Notes under the pieces: generated by a model
What the model saw: the letters and a program-made list of their open reading frames with translations, nothing else
What the model was told of the DNA's origin: nothing
Database searches by the model: none
Translations under genes and position numbers: made by a program
Part shown: piece after piece, positions 30,489-40,496 of the stretch
Position numbering within the stretch: the stretch's first letter is position 1
Layout: the number at the start of each line of letters is the position of its first letter
NCBI GenBank assembly: GCA_963816145.1
Contig: CAWFJP010000011.1
Location: 256,001-320,000 of the forward strand
DNA from: an uncultured delta proteobacterium
GTDB lineage: Bacteria > Desulfobacterota > Binatia > UBA9968
DNA length: 64,000 bases
Reading direction: 5' to 3'

Positions 30489-31928
30489 ATGGCCGAACCT
30501 TCTTCCTGGGGCCGACTGCCGCCGTTCAAAAAGGCGCCGCTGCCGCCCATGCCGGGAATGCTCCGGGCGCTTGGCCCCGGCGTGGTATTCATGGCGCTGG
30601 CCCAGGGTAGCGGCGAACTGATTTTTTGGCCCTATACGATTGCTAAATACGGCTTGACGTTTTTGTTTTTGCTGATTCCCGCCTGCCTTTTGCAATTTCC
30701 CATCATCTACGAGATCGGCCGCTACACGTTGCTCACGGGGGAAAGCATCTTTCAGGGTTTTATCCGGCTGAATCGGAAGTTTGCTTTTTTTCTCTGGATA
30801 CTGATGACGCTGTCGTTTCTCTGGTTCGGCGCTTTTGCCGCCGCCGGTGGCACCTCGATCGCCGCGCTGACAGAATTCCCGGGTGGCTGGAGCCGTAAAG
30901 AGCAGACATTATTCTGGGCCTACGCCACCATGGCGCTGTTTCTAATTGCCATCCTGCTCAGCAAAGTGATTTACAAACTGATCGAGACCTTTATGTGGGG
31001 CGTGGCGATCTTTACGTTAGTCGGACTCATTTGGGCTAGCGCCAACGCTGAAGTGCTGAGCGCGCTGCCGGCGTTCATAAAAGGTCTCATCATCCCCGAG
31101 TGGCCGATGCCGCGCCCTTGGGATCCGGCCGATGCGACGAAGTTGCTGACAGCAATCACCTTTGCCGGCCTCGGCGGTTTCTGGACGCTCTTTTATTCTT
31201 ATTGGCTGCGCGACAAAGGGTCCGGCATGGCCCACTATGCCGGACGTCTCACCGGGCCGATCACCGGCAAACCGGAAGCGATACCCGATTCGGGCGCGCT
31301 ACCAGGCAACGATGAAGGACTGGCCCATGTAAAACACTGGCACCGCTTCATGTTCTGGGATATCGGCATCGGCGTGGTCGGCAACCTGATCACCACGCTA
31401 TTGACCTGCCTGCTCGCCTACGCCCTGCTGTTCCCCAAGGGGCTGTTGCCCCAGGGATATGAGATCGCCGTGGTGCAAAGCCGCTTCTTCGAAGTCAGCT
31501 GGGGCGGCTGGGGCCGAATTTTGTTCTTGATTGTCGCCGCGGCATTTCTCTCTGACACTTGGCTGGCGACCGTCGACGCCGTCAGCCGCACGCATGCGGA
31601 CTGCGTCTACGGCTTTTTTCCCGGCAGTCATCGCATCCCCTATCGCAAATGGTATCTGATCTTTTTGCTGCTGCTCACGTTAGTCACCGGCGTTACCGTG
31701 CAGATGAACGAGCCGGGCACGCTGATTTTGATCTCAGCCGTAATCGGATTCGTCGGCACAGTAATCTATTCCGTCGCGCTCATTTTGTTGAATCACGTTT
31801 ACCTGCCGCGCCATCTGCCCAGCGCAGCCAAACCAGGAAGATTGAGTTTATTTCTCATAGTCGTCTCGTGCCTTGCCTACCTCATCCTGGCCACGCTTTA
31901 TGTACTAACACTGCTCCAGGTCACGTAA
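30489..31928 (+). CDS. Nramp-like (APC superfamily) transporter
   Basis: LGPGVVFMALAQGSGE, EIGRYTLLTGE, YSYWLRDKG; about 11 TM segments. Confidence 0.8.
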   Translation: MAEPSSWGRLPPFKKAPLPPMPGMLRALGPGVVFMALAQGSGELIFWPYTIAKYGLTFLFLLIPACLLQFPIIYEIGRYTLLTGESIFQGFIRLNRKFAFFLWILMTLSFLWFGAFAAAGGTSIAALTEFPGGWSRKEQTLFWAYATMALFLIAILLSKVIYKLIETFMWGVAIFTLVGLIWASANAEVLSALPAFIKGLIIPEWPMPRPWDPADATKLLTAITFAGLGGFWTLFYSYWLRDKGSGMAHYAGRLTGPITGKPEAIPDSGALPGNDEGLAHVKHWHRFMFWDIGIGVVGNLITTLLTCLLAYALLFPKGLLPQGYEIAVVQSRFFEVSWGGWGRILFLIVAAAFLSDTWLATVDAVSRTHADCVYGFFPGSHRIPYRKWYLIFLLLLTLVTGVTVQMNEPGTLILISAVIGFVGTVIYSVALILLNHVYLPRHLPSAAKPGRLSLFLIVVSCLAYLILATLYVLTLLQVT

Positions 31929-32011
31929 GCCGGGACCTCTCCACTCTCGGCTTGATAGCTTTGCCGCCGCCGCGCTGGTATCATAGGTGAAATTTACTTG
32001 GAGAAATCGTT

Positions 32012-32662
32012 GTGACTGAGATCATGAATTGGATCATGGACTCCATCCGCGCCTACGGGCCTTGGAGTGTCTTTGCCGGCGTCATTATCGAATCGGTGAT
32101 CGTGCCGATCCCGTCGCCGCTGATCATCATGGGCGCGGGCTTTATCTTGATCGGCGCCGATTTGACGTTTTTCCAAGCTCTGATGCCGATTTTGCTGCAG
32201 ATCGTCCTGCCCGGCGCCGTCGCTTCAACCTTGGGCGCCTACATCGGTTACGCCATCGGTTACTGCGGCGGCAAACCGATGGTCGACCGCTGGGAGAGGT
32301 TTCTCGGATTTAGTTGGAAAGATGTCGAAGCGTTGGAGCAACGCTTTCGCGACGGCCAGGTTCATACGACGGTCTTTTTTCTGCGCGCCCTGCCGATTTT
32401 CCCGTTGTCGGTGATCTCCGCGGCGGCGGGTTTGCTGCGTTTGCCGTTAAAGCAATTCAGCCTCTGGACGTTCTACGGCGCTATTCCCCGCTGCTTGCTG
32501 CTTGGTTATCTCGGCTGGGGTCTGGGCGAAACCTACCAAGGCATCGCCAAAGGCATCGACAAAGCGGAAGGAATTGTCTCGGGGATTCTCGTCGTCGCGA
32601 TCATGGGGGTCATCATTTGGCTGCGCTCCCGCGTGCGCGGCAAGATACTCGATAACGGCTAA
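32012..32662 (+). CDS. DedA/VTT family membrane protein
   Basis: ESVIVPIPS, GYAIGYCGG, FLRALP, SAAAG. Confidence 0.88.
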   Translation: MTEIMNWIMDSIRAYGPWSVFAGVIIESVIVPIPSPLIIMGAGFILIGADLTFFQALMPILLQIVLPGAVASTLGAYIGYAIGYCGGKPMVDRWERFLGFSWKDVEALEQRFRDGQVHTTVFFLRALPIFPLSVISAAAGLLRLPLKQFSLWTFYGAIPRCLLLGYLGWGLGETYQGIAKGIDKAEGIVSGILVVAIMGVIIWLRSRVRGKILDNG

Positions 32663-32686
32663 GCCCGGATCACCCGACAGCACTGG

Positions 32687-33397
32687 CTAGAACCAGTGCT
32701 GCTCGGAGCCGATTTTCCAGCCAAGAATGAGTCCGAATCCGATGCTGGCAAATCCCGCGATCACCCGTATCCAACGGTTCATCACTGAAAAGCGCTGCGC
32801 CGTCAGGATGAATGGCAAGCCGATGATGCCGCTCAAAAGCAACATTCCGCCCACTGAGCCCAGACCGAATATGACAATGTAAGCCAGCCCCGCGAGCGGC
32901 GATGGAATCGTGCCGAGGACAAGCAACATCAACGCCGCGCTGCCGGCCAGACCATGCACCATGCCGACGAAAAACGGCCGGCGCATGGCTTTGAACGGAT
33001 GGCTGTGGCGATGATCCTGCTGCGGTTTTTCATGCACGTGAAAATGGCTGTGGGTTTCCGGATTATGTGTATGGGTATGCAAATGAACTTGCGCGGGGCC
33101 GAAGGTGCGCCACAAGACGTTCAGTCCGAGCACCACCAACATGATCGCGACCAGAAACTCGAGACCGGCCGCTACCGAGTCGGAAATCGTCACGCGCAAA
33201 CCGATAACCAGCAGGCCGACGAGAAACAACGTCGTCGTGTGGCCTAGACCCCAAAAGGCGCCGATCAACGACGCCCACTTGAAGTTTTTATGCTCGCTGA
33301 CGATGGTCGACACTGCGATCAAGTGATCGGGATCGAGCGCATGTTGAATGCCCAGTAGCAGGCCTAAACCGAAGGCGGCGTAAAGCGAAGCTTCCAT
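32687..33397 (-). CDS. UreH/NiCoT-like nickel/cobalt transporter
   Basis: HALDPDH, WGLGH, His-rich loop, GMVHGLAGS. Confidence 0.85.
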   Translation of the reverse strand: MEASLYAAFGLGLLLGIQHALDPDHLIAVSTIVSEHKNFKWASLIGAFWGLGHTTTLFLVGLLVIGLRVTISDSVAAGLEFLVAIMLVVLGLNVLWRTFGPAQVHLHTHTHNPETHSHFHVHEKPQQDHRHSHPFKAMRRPFFVGMVHGLAGSAALMLLVLGTIPSPLAGLAYIVIFGLGSVGGMLLLSGIIGLPFILTAQRFSVMNRWIRVIAGFASIGFGLILGWKIGSEQHWF

Positions 33398-33482
33398 GGT
33401 GTCAAGCGAGACAGAGTGACGAAACAGAGATCGCGATCCTCGAAGCCCTTCGAGTTGCAAGCGTTATCTCTGTCTCAATTCT

Positions 33483-33911
33483 CTATCTCCGTAGTGGTTG
33501 GCCGGTCTGGGTGCCGATCCATACTTCGCCGCCCTCATAAACCTCTTTCTTCCAGATCGGCACGGTCTTCTTGATCTCTTCGATGGCGAAGCGGCTGGCG
33601 TCAAACGCGGCCTCGCGGTGGGCCGAGGAGACAGCGATAATCACGCTCGCCTCGCCGATCTGCACCGGGCCTAAGCGATGGACGATCGCCAGGCGGCGGA
33701 TCTGCCATTTTTGCGCCGCCTCGGCGCCGATGCGCGCCAGTTCCTTCTCCGCCATCTCAGGATAGGCCTCGTATTCCAGCGCGATCACTTTGCGCCCTTC
33801 GTTGTTGTTGCGCGTAGTGCCGATGAAGGTAGCGATGGCGCCGGCTTCAGCATCGGTGACGTAACGCACCAGTTCAGCGAGATCGATCGGCTTACTTTGC
33901 ACGCGAAACAT
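33483..33911 (-). CDS. moaE: Molybdopterin synthase catalytic subunit
   Basis: GAIATFIGTTR, LEYEAY, HRLG, SAHR, PIWKKE. Confidence 0.95.
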   Translation of the reverse strand: MFRVQSKPIDLAELVRYVTDAEAGAIATFIGTTRNNNEGRKVIALEYEAYPEMAEKELARIGAEAAQKWQIRRLAIVHRLGPVQIGEASVIIAVSSAHREAAFDASRFAIEEIKKTVPIWKKEVYEGGEVWIGTQTGQPLRR

Positions 33912-33917
33912 ATTTTA

Positions 33918-34163
33918 TCAGCCTCCACTCACCGGAGGGATGAACACCACTTCGTCGCCATCACGCAACGTATCGTTAGATCCGACATAGTTCTGGTTGA
34001 CGGCGTAGAGCAGCCGAATGCCTGGGACATCGAGCTGGGGAAATTGTTTCTGCAAACCGCGCCACAGATCGGCCACTGTGGCGCCTTCGCTGAGTTCCTG
34101 AATCACTTCGGCAGTCCCGGCGCGCTCGCGCAGGATCGCGAAGAACTTCACGCGAACTTTCAT
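33918..34163 (-). CDS. moaD: Molybdopterin synthase sulfur carrier
   Basis: FFAILRE, AVN, C-terminal PPVSGG. Confidence 0.95.
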   Translation of the reverse strand: MKVRVKFFAILRERAGTAEVIQELSEGATVADLWRGLQKQFPQLDVPGIRLLYAVNQNYVGSNDTLRDGDEVVFIPPVSGG

Positions 34164-34666
34164 TTTCCTTGGAGCTGCGAAACCATATGGCGAATTTCCG
34201 GCAGAATCAGCTTCTCCATTGCCAAGCTCACTGCGCCGTTCGATCCCGGTAGCGAGATCAACACTTTGCCGCGCGCCGTTCCGGCGGCGGCCCGGCTCAT
34301 AATCGCCGCCGAACCAATGTCGAGATAACTCAAATAGCGAAAGATCTCACCGAAGCCGTCAAGCTTTTTATCGAGATAGCGGCTGACCACTTCGTAAGTG
34401 CCGTCCCGCGGCGCGATGCCGGTACCGCCATTGACGATCACCGCTTCGACGTCGCTGGTTCCGAGCGCTTGGTTGAGCAACGCCTCGATCTCTACCGGCT
34501 CGTCTTTGACGATCCGGTAGCCCGCGGTCTGATGCCCTTCGCCGGTGAGAAACCGCGTGATCGTTTGGCCGCTCGTGTCGGTGCTTTCGTCGCGCGTATC
34601 GCTCACCGTGATGACAAAACAGCGCACGCTTTTCTTGGCTTTCTCTTTATGCTCGTGGACCGACAT
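34160..34666 (-). CDS. moaB: MoaB/Mog molybdopterin adenylyltransferase
   Basis: ITVSDTR..D.SG, NGGTGIAPRD, GFGEIFR, SRA, LPGS. Confidence 0.92.
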   Translation of the reverse strand: MSVHEHKEKAKKSVRCFVITVSDTRDESTDTSGQTITRFLTGEGHQTAGYRIVKDEPVEIEALLNQALGTSDVEAVIVNGGTGIAPRDGTYEVVSRYLDKKLDGFGEIFRYLSYLDIGSAAIMSRAAAGTARGKVLISLPGSNGAVSLAMEKLILPEIRHMVSQLQGK

Positions 34667-34996
34667 AGATGCCTCGCAATGGTTTTTCACCGGCGACTAT
34701 AACAACCGACCCTGGTGAATTCAAACCAGTGAATTTTCAACTCATTTGTCATCTTCACCTTGGCGTACCGCTGCGAAAAAAGCGATCATGCCGGCCGAAG
34801 CGAATGGTCCAGCCAAGATCATCCGCATCCGAAGATTTTGGTCCATGGTTCGCGGAGTCAGGCCGATTCATAAATCTTCCCCCCTTAGAACACGCAACCA
34901 ACCGGCTCTCTCGTTGCGCGGCGAGTCTCTGCTCCAGTCAATCACGGCAATTAACGGATTGAACTCCTCCGTGCCGAGCTCTAGGATAGGAGTAGC

Positions 34997-36157
34997 ATGA
35001 AGAGCGAGCCCTTTTCACTCTACATTCACATACCCTACTGCGTCAGCAAGTGTCCGTACTGCGACTTCAATTCCCATGTGGTGGCGCAGATCCCGGAAGA
35101 CGGCTATACCGACGCACTGTTGCGCGAGCTGGAGTATTTCGGAGACCAGGCGGGCTGGCGCGGCCGCACACTGCAAAGCATCTTCTTCGGCGGCGGCACG
35201 CCGTCGACCTTCAAACCCACCAGCATCGGCAAACTGCTGGCGTGGGCGGCCGCGACCTTCCCCATCGCCAACGACTGCGAGATCACCATGGAGGCCAATC
35301 CCGGCACGGTCGACGCCGCCAACTTCGCCGGCTACCGCGACGCCGGCGTCAATCGCATCAGCATCGGCGTGCAGTCGTTCCAGCCGAAACTACTGAGATT
35401 TTTGGGCCGAATCCATTCGGCCGACGAAGCCAAGAAAGCGTTGAACGTCGTCAAACAGTCCGGCTTTGAAAACTTTAGCTTCGACTTGATGTATGCTAAC
35501 CCAGGGCAAACTCTGGCCGATCTCGAAGCCGATCTCGACACCGCTCTGACATTTCAGCCACCTCACTTATCGGCTTACAATCTCACGTTCGAGGAGGGCA
35601 CGCCCTTCCATCATGAGTACAGTGCCGGCCGAATGGCGAATCTAAACGAGGACGAAGAGATCGCGATGGCGGAGCTGATCGATACCAAACTCGGCGCCGC
35701 CGGCTTGAAACGATACGAGATCTCCAACTATGCCCGCCCCTGGTTTCACTCGCGCCACAATGTGAACTATTGGCATTGCGGCGATTATTTAGGCCTCGGT
35801 GCCGGGGCGCATAGTTACCAGCGCAACGACGATGGCATCACCGGACAACGCTGGAACAATGAAAAAAATCCGGCCAAGTACATCGCCCAGATCGACGAAA
35901 GCCGTCATGCCATGATTGAACGTGAAACTATCGACTCTCACAAAGCCGCAGCCGAGTTCATGTTCCTCGGCCTGCGCATGACCGAGGGCATCCGTCTCGA
36001 TATTTTTCGTCAACGCTTCGGCCAAACACCGCTGGAATTATATCCCCAGATCGACACCTGGATCGGCAGCGATCTGTTGGTGGAGAACGGGGGATTTTTG
36101 CGCTTCACAGCCAAAGGACTTATGCTTGCCAACTCGATCTTCGTGCATTTCATGTAA
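34997..36157 (+). CDS. hemW: Radical SAM heme chaperone HemW (HemN-like)
   Basis: YIHIPYCVSKCPYCDF, GGGTPS, EANP, YEISNYA, HNVNYW. Confidence 0.9.
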   Translation: MKSEPFSLYIHIPYCVSKCPYCDFNSHVVAQIPEDGYTDALLRELEYFGDQAGWRGRTLQSIFFGGGTPSTFKPTSIGKLLAWAAATFPIANDCEITMEANPGTVDAANFAGYRDAGVNRISIGVQSFQPKLLRFLGRIHSADEAKKALNVVKQSGFENFSFDLMYANPGQTLADLEADLDTALTFQPPHLSAYNLTFEEGTPFHHEYSAGRMANLNEDEEIAMAELIDTKLGAAGLKRYEISNYARPWFHSRHNVNYWHCGDYLGLGAGAHSYQRNDDGITGQRWNNEKNPAKYIAQIDESRHAMIERETIDSHKAAAEFMFLGLRMTEGIRLDIFRQRFGQTPLELYPQIDTWIGSDLLVENGGFLRFTAKGLMLANSIFVHFM

Positions 36158-36181
36158 GGGCGACTGGCTGGTTGCCCGTAG
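36154..36181. repeat. Degenerate GTAG-type REP-like hairpin
   Basis: GTAAGGGCGACTGGCTGGTTGCCCGTAG at the hemW stop; GGGCGAC/GTTGCCC stem. Confidence 0.4.
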
Positions 36182-36208
36182 CAAAAAACTCATTCTCTGG
36201 AGGACGCT

Positions 36209-37385
36209 ATGACCACCGTGGACTTGAACAAAATCCGCATCGATCATATCGGTAGCTTAGTGCGCCCGGCAAAGCTTAAAGAGGTCTTTGTCCGCTTCGA
36301 CCGCGGCCAAGCCGACAAAGAAGAATTGGTCCAAGCGCAAGACCGGGCGATTGACGACGTCATCGCGCAGCAGGAAAACCACGGCTATCCCGTCGTCACC
36401 GACGGCGAATTTCGCCGCCACAGTTTTCAAGAGAGTTTTTCCGAATGCGTCAGCGGCTTCGACGTGCCGAAAAATATCAATCTTTACTACGAAAAGCGCG
36501 AGTTGAACGAAAGCCCGCTTGAGCGGGCCGAGCAGAATTTTGAAGAAGCCGGACCGGCAATCATCACCCGGCGCGGCGCGGTCGAGCGCTTGAAGGCGGT
36601 GCGCAACCTGCCTATGGAGGAATTTCGCTACGCCCAGAGCGTTGCCAAAGTACCCGCAAAAGTGACGATCCTGGGCCCCGACCGCATCGCCCAACGTTTC
36701 AAATGGGAAGGATCGCTAAACGTCTACAAAGGGCTCGACGACTTTGTCGAGCATATCGTCGAGATCGAGCGTCAGATGATCGCCCAATTGGTCAACGCCG
36801 GCTGCAAATACATTCAGATCGATGCCCCTGGCTACACCGCCTACGTCGACAAAGTATCGCTGGAGCGAATGCGCTCGCGCGGCGAAGATCCGGCGAGAAA
36901 CTTCCAACGCTCCATCGACGCCGACAACGCGCTCATCGAAGGCTTTCCCGGTGTCACCTTCGGCATCCACATCTGCCGCGGCAACGCCCGCACCATCGAT
37001 CCCAAGACCGGCAAGTTGGTCCCCCAATGGCACCGCGAAGGCTCCTACGACGCCATCGCCGAAAAACTATTCAACACGCTCAAACACCAAAGGATTACTG
37101 TTGGAATACGACAGCGACCGCGCCGGCGGCTTCGAACCGTTGCGCCTGGTGCCGAGAGACAAAATCGTCGTGCTCGGCTTGGTCTCGACGAAAAACTCCG
37201 ACATGGAAAGCGTCGACGATTTGAAACGGCGCATCGACCAAGCGAGCAAACACCTGCCGCTCGATCAACTGGCGTTGAGCCCGCAGTGCGGCTTCGGCGG
37301 TATCGACTCGAAGGTGCTGAGCGAATCGGCAATGTGGACCAAATTGGATACGATCGTGAAGACGGCGCGACAGGTGTGGAATTAG
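36209..37385 (+). CDS. Cobalamin-independent methionine synthase II family (core domain only); apparent indel near 37091
   Basis: DHIGSLVRP, TDGEFRR, YIQID.P, HICRGN in the first frame; LLLEYDSDRAGGFEPL, LGLVSTK, LSPQCGF in the second. Confidence 0.85.
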
Positions 37386-37769
37386 TGTCGTGGGTGCGGT
37401 TTTTATTATCGTTCCACCATTCTTCCGTGGACGCCAACGCCGTCAATGTTCGGGTCGATATCGACGGAGAAAAAGATAGCTCCTATAGCCCGCGCCGCCA
37501 CCATCGCTGGTGCTTTTTGTGACGCGTCTGGTTCACGGCCCGACGGTGATTGAGCCGGTTTCCTTTCTTGCAGAATCCAATCGGACCTGACAGTTTAGCG
37601 TCAAAAACACTTTCACTTAAAGGCACTCAATTCATTTCATGGCTCTAAACCCAAACAAAAGAATCTGCTTGATGGCCAGCGCCGGCTTTCAGTGCAAACC
37701 TGCAGTCCTCACCCAAAGCAAATGACGAGCCGATCCATTAACAATAATTAATCTTGCAACCAGCGCTCG

Positions 37770-38950
37770 CTGTTGCGCGATTCTTGGTCTTTTTTGCGCA
37801 CTTGATCGGACTCATAGCTATTACCCGATTCGCACGTCCCCTCAAGTACAGGCGTCACTCACAGATTTCGTTGATTTTTGGGCGTCATCGCGCTTACTGA
37901 TCAATGGTGGAAATCCATTTTCACCTGTCGGAAGTTTTAGAGTTGCAGCAATCGGTAGGCTTTGCGCGAACCCAAACCACTTTTGATCTGGAATCCGCCG
38001 TGGACACTTTCGTTCCTTCTGCCCATTCGGCGCTATGCCCTTCCAGATTCAGCCAATTTGTGCTGGCTTATCTAATGAACGTTTTCTTCGTTCTGTTATC
38101 GGCGCAAAGCTATGGGCGATTTATTGTCACACCGTACCGACAACGCCTATTTGCCATGGATTGCCGCTTTCACGTTCGTTCCAACCTGAATGGTCTTGAT
38201 AATCGGCCAGATGTACACCGCTCGTCCTCCTAGGGATTGTCGGTTTTCTGCTACTTTGAAAGGAAAAACCAGCTTTACTGGGCGGGCGTATCAACAGTGA
38301 TCATGTCGGTCAAACCGCATTTGGTCTATCTGTTTTGGATCGGATTGATCCTTTGGATTTGGAAACAACGTCGACTGGCGGATTGCAGTCGGTGCGATCT
38401 TGGCTGGCATAATTATCGCCATCATACCGGCAATCATCGATCCAGCGATATATTTTCAGTTTCTCGAAATGTACCGATTCCCTGGACGATCGACTCCGTT
38501 TAATTTGCCGGCACCAAGCATCGGCAGTTTTCTGACGCTTTACGTTCCCCATGGGAATTTTCCGATTCAATTCCTGCCGCCGCTCCTCGGAAGTTTATGG
38601 TTTTTGTGGCATTGGGATAAACATAAGGAGCATTGGAATTGGTCGGAACAAACTCCGCTGATGATCTTGGTATCTCTCGCTTTCAGTCCTTACGCTTGGA
38701 CCTACGATCAGGTCATTCTACTTCCCGCGGTGATCCATGGTTTGTGATGGTAAAGCGGCAAAGCGGTTCGTGGTACAAATCCGGCCCGGGCCTCTTCGTA
38801 TATCGCGGCTAACGGATGCTATTTCGCAGGCAAGTTGTTTGTGACTACAGACTGCTTATTACTTCTGGCTCGCTCCGGCGTTTTTGCTGATATACCTGGG
38901 AGCCGGCACAGTTTCCCGCAGCAGCAGTTCGCTCAACGCGCTCTTAAAAT
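37770..38950 (+). pseudogene. GT87/DUF2029-like membrane glycosyltransferase, heavily frameshifted; ends approximate
   Basis: Fragments DFVDFWASSRLLINGGNPFSP, IWNPPWTL, VKPHL and SPYAWTYDQVILL in different frames; lower GC than flanks. Confidence 0.7.
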
Positions 38951-39110
38951 TGCATAGATACCCTTATCGATCGCTGCGAGAGATTTCACTGTCGGTACTG
39001 ATGGATATAGAATTTTAAACGACAACGAGCGGCGGCAAAAGCTCAATCCCGGCGAAGAGAACGACCAAATAAGCCGGACCGGTCAGGCAGCTATCGAAGA
39101 ACAGCCTCAA

Positions 39111-39389
39111 CTATCCGGTGTCACAACGACTCAGCCACTCCTCATGCACATCGACCCAGATGGTGTCGGTATCGTGGCAGGGCGACAGTTCGCTCAAATC
39201 GAATTTGACCGTGTAGAGCGGCTTGTGAATGCCGCGGTGATCGCGGACGTTTTCCAAAATGCCGTGAACTAGGCCGATGACACCGCGCTTGCCGCGGATG
39301 TAGCGTGGCGTGCGCGGATTGCCGGCTGGGTTGTCGTTGGCGACCATCACGGCGTCGCCGATTTTGTATTTGTTATTGGTCTCGCTCAT
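39111..39389 (-). CDS. Nitrile hydratase beta C-terminal SH3-like domain as a stand-alone subunit (ScnA-like)
   Basis: YKIGDAV, GNPRTPRYIRGKRG, LYTVKF..SEL, VDVHEEWL. Confidence 0.85.
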   Translation of the reverse strand: MSETNNKYKIGDAVMVANDNPAGNPRTPRYIRGKRGVIGLVHGILENVRDHRGIHKPLYTVKFDLSELSPCHDTDTIWVDVHEEWLSRCDTG

Positions 39390-39397
39390 AACCTTTC

Positions 39398-40471
39398 TCA
39401 ATCGGGCCGCACCCGCGGCATCTCCGGTTCGACATGGGCAGCTTCTCGCTCGCGTAGCTGCGACGGTTCGAGCGCGTAGCCGGCACCGATCAAACTATCG
39501 ACGGTGACGAGCTTGGCCAATTCCTGTTCCGACATTCCATCCGTGCCGGGAGGACGCTGCGGCAGGACGAAGTAGCGCACGTCGGAGGTGCTGTCCCAGA
39601 CCCGCATCTCCTTTTCGCGGGGAATTTCCAGCTGGAACATATCTTTGACGCAGGCGCGAGGGTTTTGCACGATGTTGGTGCGGTAGCTCTCATGCTTGTA
39701 CCACCAGGGGGTGTCGCCGAGGATGTCGTAGGGATAGCAAGAACATAATGTGCAGACGACGACGTTGTGCGTCTGCTCGGTGTTTTCGACGACAACCAAT
39801 TTGCCGACCTTCCCCTGATGTACGCCCATTTCTCTGAGCGCCTCGCGGCCGGTATCGAGCAACGCCCGTTTGAATTCCGGATCGGTCCACGCCTTCGCCA
39901 CGATCGCGCCGCCGGCCCAGGGCCGCTCTTCATGTAACTGCTTCCAACGCTGTGCCAAGTCCTCGCGCGTCGCCCAACCGCGCTGGATCAAGGCTTGGAC
40001 AAAGACCTCGAGCAATCCGTTATAATCGGTCAAATCCTGCTGCAAGTTCACCATGCGCTCTTCGAGCGTGCCGTGATGCTCTTTCTTTTTAATTTTGAAA
40101 AAATCGTCGTAGTCGCCCCGCTCCTTGCGATTGTCCTCGGTGACCATGTCCATGCCTTCGACGGTGCGCGCCGAGACCAGGGCGATGCCCTTGACGTATT
40201 CATCGAGCCACTCTTCGAGATGACGCACGCGAGCTTCGATATTCTTTCCCTGAGGCTTGGCGATCTTGAAGAAATGATCCCTCTTCTTAAGCGTCGAGCG
40301 CACTTTGAGCAAATCGTAAAACGTCACGACGTTGCGCCGCAGTAAATAAAAAAGCCGTGGCTCGAAGCGCTTGGCGCGGTAATACTCTAAGTCTTCCTCG
40401 ACGGCCTTAACATGCGCCACGTAATCATGCATGTGGCCTTCGAACGGCTTGTGGCCATGTTTTCCTGACAT
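39398..40471 (-). CDS. Co-type nitrile hydratase alpha / thiocyanate hydrolase gamma-like subunit with long N-terminal extension
   Basis: IVAKAWTDPEFK, VVENT, HNVVVCTLCSCYP, WYK..YR, VWDSTSDVRYFVLPQRP.GT; GGAGG RBS. Confidence 0.9.
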   Translation of the reverse strand: MSGKHGHKPFEGHMHDYVAHVKAVEEDLEYYRAKRFEPRLFYLLRRNVVTFYDLLKVRSTLKKRDHFFKIAKPQGKNIEARVRHLEEWLDEYVKGIALVSARTVEGMDMVTEDNRKERGDYDDFFKIKKKEHHGTLEERMVNLQQDLTDYNGLLEVFVQALIQRGWATREDLAQRWKQLHEERPWAGGAIVAKAWTDPEFKRALLDTGREALREMGVHQGKVGKLVVVENTEQTHNVVVCTLCSCYPYDILGDTPWWYKHESYRTNIVQNPRACVKDMFQLEIPREKEMRVWDSTSDVRYFVLPQRPPGTDGMSEQELAKLVTVDSLIGAGYALEPSQLREREAAHVEPEMPRVRPD

Positions 40472-40496
40472 CTGGCTTCCTCCGCGTAACTTCGCT

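Noticed and set aside
39398-40471. NHLP (nitrile-hydratase-leader) RiPP precursor
   Set aside because: It retains the full CTLCSC metal site, has a beta-type partner and no Gly-Gly core peptide, and no YcaO, LanM or RiPP radical SAM enzyme is nearby.
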